Below, piece after piece: positions 24,724 through 24,770 of a stretch of DNA of 24,770 nucleotides. The number at the start of each line of letters is the position of its first letter. Within the stretch, counting starts at the first letter, position 1. This DNA comes from a virus (taxonomy: Duplodnaviria > Caudoviricetes), in IMG/VR virus record IMGVR_UViG_3300020045_010341, positions 1 through 24,770 of that record; one strand, given 5' to 3'. Below the pieces are notes generated by a model. The model saw only the letters and a program-made list of their open reading frames with translations. It was not told the origin of the DNA and did not search any database. The translations under genes were made by a program, and so were the position numbers.

Positions 24724-24770
24724 ATGAGCTTAGCTTGTTTTGATACGCTTGTCGGACTTAGTAAGACCGA
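24724..24770 (+). CDS. Start of next gene, truncated by the window edge (MSLACFDTLVGLSKT...)
   Basis: ATG 2 nt after the upstream stop, open to the window end. Confidence 0.55.
   Translation, partial: MSLACFDTLVGLSKT

Larger units (their letters stand above)
1..24770 (+). mobile_element. Tailed dsDNA phage or prophage genome segment (probably siphovirus-like, Bacteroidota host inferred)
   Basis: Co-oriented dense ORFs including terminase, portal, tape measure, scaffold and capsid candidates plus phage-type replication genes. No host housekeeping genes or integrase in the window. Confidence 0.95.

Noticed and set aside
1-24770. CRISPR arrays, tRNAs, integrase/att sites, DGR or retron reverse transcriptase, introns/inteins
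   Set aside because: No repeat-spacer arrays, cloverleafs, RT or integrase motifs, or interrupted TerL were seen on manual reading.

Overview
A 24.8-kb segment of a tailed dsDNA phage or prophage; all credible genes are on the + strand and tightly packed. A Bacteroidota host is inferred from TAnnTTTG-type promoters, A-rich starts without Shine-Dalgarno sites, and lipoprotein signals. The left part (~200-8700) is a replication and accessory region: a DnaC/IstB-like ATPase, a C5 cytosine methyltransferase with a nested +1-frame partner ORF, a MazG-like pyrophosphatase, a RuvC-like nuclease, an L,D-transpeptidase-like putative endolysin, a lipoprotein, a PLD-like protein and many small hypotheticals. 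The right part (~8750-24770) is the morphogenesis region: TerS, PBSX-type TerL, portal, head morphogenesis protein, probable tail/neck proteins, a probable -1 frameshifted tail chaperone pair, tape measure, scaffold and major capsid protein. The most notable unannotated signals are: (1) a ~96-nt three-way-junction structured RNA candidate at 4069-4164; (2) a methyltransferase whose motifs are split over two overlapping frames; (3) a hidden 42-aa basic peptide ending in an SSB-like 'DVPF' tail that overlaps the PLD gene; (4) a thrice-repeated GCGAAAATTCGC palindrome, twice beside the structural-operon promoters; (5) a DnaJ-type Zn-finger insert in the portal; (6) an ORF interrupted by a single TAG. 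All product calls come from reading motifs and gene order by eye; no database search was run.
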